A DNA stretch of 64,000 bases from Vezdaea acicularis (lineage: Eukaryota): positions 62,001-126,000 of the forward strand of contig JAPEUI010000023.1 of NCBI GenBank assembly GCA_026025075.1. The letters are read 5' to 3'. Under the pieces are notes generated by a model, which was given only the letters and a program-made list of their open reading frames with translations, had not been told where the DNA came from and searched no databases. Below, piece by piece: positions 62,633 through 64,000 of this stretch. Position 1 is the stretch's first letter, and each line of letters starts with the position of its first letter. The translations under genes were made by a program, and so were the position numbers.

Positions 62633-64000
62633 TATCTTGAGCAATTCAGAACTTCTAGATTGTTTTGAATTTGGTAGGACCAGCATATCAGAACACGTTG
62701 AGGAGCTGGGTGCCCTCAAACCTTATAAAGAAAGAAGTAAAAGACAGACAGTGTCAAACGACGGTGGGAAAGCACGGACAGTGCTTCAAGGAAGTACGAG
62801 TTGAAGAAAGGAACAGCCGTTTTCCTACGAGCCATGGAGAGTTTTATGTTCACATTACGGTCTAGGCTCCGTAAGCACGCCCAGACACTGAAACACGCTG
62901 AAGTGACAAAGCGCCAACTTTCGATGAGAACCGAGGTTGCCCCTTGATTAGTGCCAGATCTCTCGCGTGGGTGGCGGAGCGGTGGATCCACAGTGAGTAG
63001 CGCGAGGAACGGCCAATGAGGTGAACAACTGGCTCTTTTTGGTGTAATGTCCTTTTAGCCTGTAAATTTCTAGGACTCTGCAGGCCAATGTCTGCTGACA
63101 GGCTGGACAAGAATACATTTCATCGCGAGTAATCAGATTACATCCCTCGCGGAACGGCTATGTCAGTGCTACTGTTACAGCACAGATGTGATCGGTTTAC
63201 CAGGTCGTCACGATTCCTCCGTATCTTTGGATGACGTTCTGGCTTTTCCATCCCCAGAACCGATTTTCTTGCATGTCTTTGTTTTTGCGAACAGCTCGTG
63301 GCCTCTGGACTTTGGAGGTATTGCTTGGGCATAAGATGGCGATCGACTCGAAATACAACTTGCCTCAACCAGTATGAGATGGACTTGCTCAACTTTAAAT
63401 GCAGCTCGTCAATGCAGCCAATATAGAGCATGCGCTCTATACGCTAGGGACACATGCACGTTCAGCTTTGCCACTGGAAGATATCCAAGGGAAAGCGCTC
63501 TGAATATCATCCTCTCCCTGCTATGATAGTATCAAGTCCGTTACAAGGCCAGCAGGCTTCATAGATACGCGACCTATGAAGGTGGACGAATAGAGATATG
63601 CCCCTAGACGCAACGGCTCCCGGATTGATCTATCACCTCGCATTGTGGCCAAATTTGGGTATCCCATACATCTGGCTTTGGTCCCTGGTCTCAAACACTG
63701 CTTTATTTGCTTCTAGTTACATCATACTATGATTCATATGAATAGTCCAACCTGCTGCAACAAAATCCATCACACCTAGCGAGTAATGAATCAATCGTAT
63801 GTTTCTTTCCGCAATGATCCCTTTGAGATCTCTCGCCAACTAGTCCTGCGACCACGGTGCAGCATGACTGGAGAATGAGGCATTTAGTGCGCCTATCGTC
63901 TTAGTACTATCATCCTGCGAGAGCTCATTATCAGATGTATACGAGCATTTGTACTCCGGTCTCAGAGTCACTTGACCGATACAAAAGATATTGCGTTCGA

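Noticed and set aside
62966..63005. GTGGCGGAGCGGT resembling a tRNA A-box/D-arm
   Set aside because: No downstream GTTCRA T-loop and no acceptor stem.

Overview
Gene-dense eukaryotic DNA from a filamentous ascomycete (Pezizomycotina-type GT..CTRAC..YAG introns). I can support 18 intron-aware protein-coding genes, mostly housekeeping. In order they are PMA1 H+-ATPase, a DCAF4/WDR21-like WD40 protein, ORC5, an F-box-like hypothetical, the YHM2 mitochondrial carrier, a Puf4/Puf5-type Pumilio protein, RNA Pol III RPC2, NatC MAK10, QCR2, Pol III RPC82, an Ebp1/AFF-like protein, GLT1, cytosolic Hsp70, a Sly41-like TPT transporter, SF3B2/Cus1, an RS-rich protein, PEX16 and a GPI-anchored protein (17 recognisable plus one low-confidence spliced small ORF). 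I found no tRNA, rRNA, transposon or CRISPR. No novel multi-gene system is demonstrable. The best leads are regulatory. One is an unannotated spliced, hairpin-rich locus at about 30.75-32.0 kb. Another is the PMA1 region, with a dense PacC-site cluster, two 5'UTR introns and an in-frame retainable intron. The Puf gene carries AUGA-coupled uORFs and Puf elements in its own 3'UTR. GLT1 has a possible alternative C-terminus. All coordinates and exon boundaries were read by eye and no database searches were run.
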